DNA of 63,223 nucleotides, filler included, from Neoconidiobolus thromboides FSU 785 (Eukaryota; Fungi; Entomophthoromycota): NCBI GenBank assembly GCA_025603075.1. It is 10 parts of 10 records of this genome, joined end to end, with 100 filler letters (N's around TTAATTAATTAA, not from the genome) between each part and the next. Parts side by side here need not be neighbours in the genome. Positions count along the whole stretch, not along the records: positions 61,996 to 63,223 come from MU627014.1; 9 more parts are not named here. One strand, 5' to 3'. Shown piece by piece: positions 62,273 to 63,223 of this stretch (position 1 is its first letter; each line of letters starts with the position of its first letter). The notes under the pieces were generated by a model. It saw only the letters and a program-made list of their open reading frames with translations, ran no database searches and was not told where the DNA came from. The position numbers and the translations under genes were made by a program.

Positions 62273-62372
62273 ATTTGGGGGTGTTTTGATTTTATCGCTT
62301 TTTTCACTTTTTAGGCACTACTTGGGTAGAAAAACCATTAGTGACGTTTTTGAACAAAAGAGATATTCCCAT
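62273..62372 (+). mobile_element. ATAT-flanked MITE family copy, old
   Basis: Strongly diverged match. Confidence 0.6.
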
Positions 62373-62692
62373 CCAGTACTTTTTTTCTACTATTTATAAA
62401 ACTTAAACCTTGAACTTTTGTTAATAGAGGTTAATAATACTTTTTAGTTCTTCAATGTGTTTAATAATCTGATAGCAAATAGTTCATAAACAATCGATCA
62501 TATAAAATGAAATGAGAAAACACTACTTTGAGATATTAAGTTTCAAAGTTAGCAACAATCTTTATAAAGTTCTAATAAATTTATGATATTGTATAGCTTT
62601 TTGGTCTACTGTTTCGCTGTCGAACTTGCTCGCTTTATCATTATTTTCTGCTTCTTTTGATTCAAATGCGTCATTATAACCTAATTAAAAAG

Positions 62693-63223
62693 TCAATATT
62701 TATCTTCAAATAAAAGTAAGTCCTTACTTGATTTATTTGGTTGAAACATCTCAATTTCCCGCTTCTTCACTACTCTATAATATATTATTTTAAGTGCATG
62801 CTGGATGGTAGGATCACAACAAAAGGCAATAAAGTTAAGGGTCCCTAATAAGCCACCTGTTATATAAGAATATATAGCGAGTTCATGTGAGTTAATTCCA
62901 GCAAGATCATAAGCTGCTTGACTAAATATCAATCCAGAATGTGAGATGAGCATAAGTATTGGATAAAGTAAACTATAACAATTAGTATAGTGTAGCTTAA
63001 TTAAAATGATTATTTACATCCTTGAAGTCAGTAGTCTAATATACTTAATGGCTTCGTTTGATTCGCTAGCATCTATTACCAATTGTCTGTTTTTTAGTAC
63101 ATTTAAACCACGGTATAACTTTATTGCCACTGCAATAGTAACACCTAACAAATAAACCATACAAATTATCATTATTAAGATATTAGCATAAAAGTCAATT
63201 TTTTTAATATAATCTTCATCGTT
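62693..63223 (-). CDS. 3' part of a 7TM receptor (cAMP-receptor/Git3-like), 5' end outside window
   Basis: Open frame NDEDYIKKIDFYANILIMIICMVYLLGVTIAVAIKLY...LTSR, a 45-nt intron (62973-63017), then ILLYPILMLIS...GGLLGTLNFIAFCCDPTIQ. Confidence 0.7.

Noticed and set aside
599-62372. MITE copies as CRISPR repeats or a SINE
   Set aside because: Copies are ~105 bp, dispersed, in both orientations, with TIRs. There is no regular spacer array, no cas genes, no Pol III A/B boxes and no poly-A tail, and the context is eukaryotic.
34471-63223. Chitinase, esterase, UGT, GPCR and GT32 as a biosynthetic or virulence gene cluster
   Set aside because: Most are on different contigs joined artificially, and no backbone synthase is present.

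Overview
AT-rich eukaryotic DNA with short GT-AG introns, Zn2Cys6 relics, an HDEL-type GRP94, GT32 and GH18 genes. This points to a fungus, probably early-diverging and Conidiobolus/Entomophthoromycotina-like (inference). The window is not continuous. It is ten contigs joined by nine artificial 100-bp linkers (44 N + TTAATTAATTAA + 44 N), so adjacency across linkers means nothing. Contig 1 (1-21098) holds a housekeeping block of ATG2, GRP94 and RAV1, bracketed by three decayed Zn2Cys6 transcription-factor genes. Contig 21199-25206 is part of a tandem array of a small secreted cationic protein. Contig 25307-32936 carries a PPR-like gene and CENP-I/Mis6 between two identical 494-bp inverted arms. 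The remaining contigs are accessory-type: EF1B-gamma-like GSTs (one pseudogene), a GPI-type GH18 chitinase, a split secreted esterase, a membrane UGT, tRNA-Arg(ACG), two 7TM receptors, a GT32 mannosyltransferase and a LINE relic. A ~105-bp ATAT-flanked MITE occurs about 32 times. Best leads: (1) the tandem Kex2-processed cationic secreted peptide array; (2) an exact metazoan-type ERSE (CCAAT-N9-CCACG) overlapping a UPRE in the GRP94 promoter; (3) the palindromic arms around CENP-I; (4) the ATAT MITE family. All alignments and translations were done by eye; no database searches were run.
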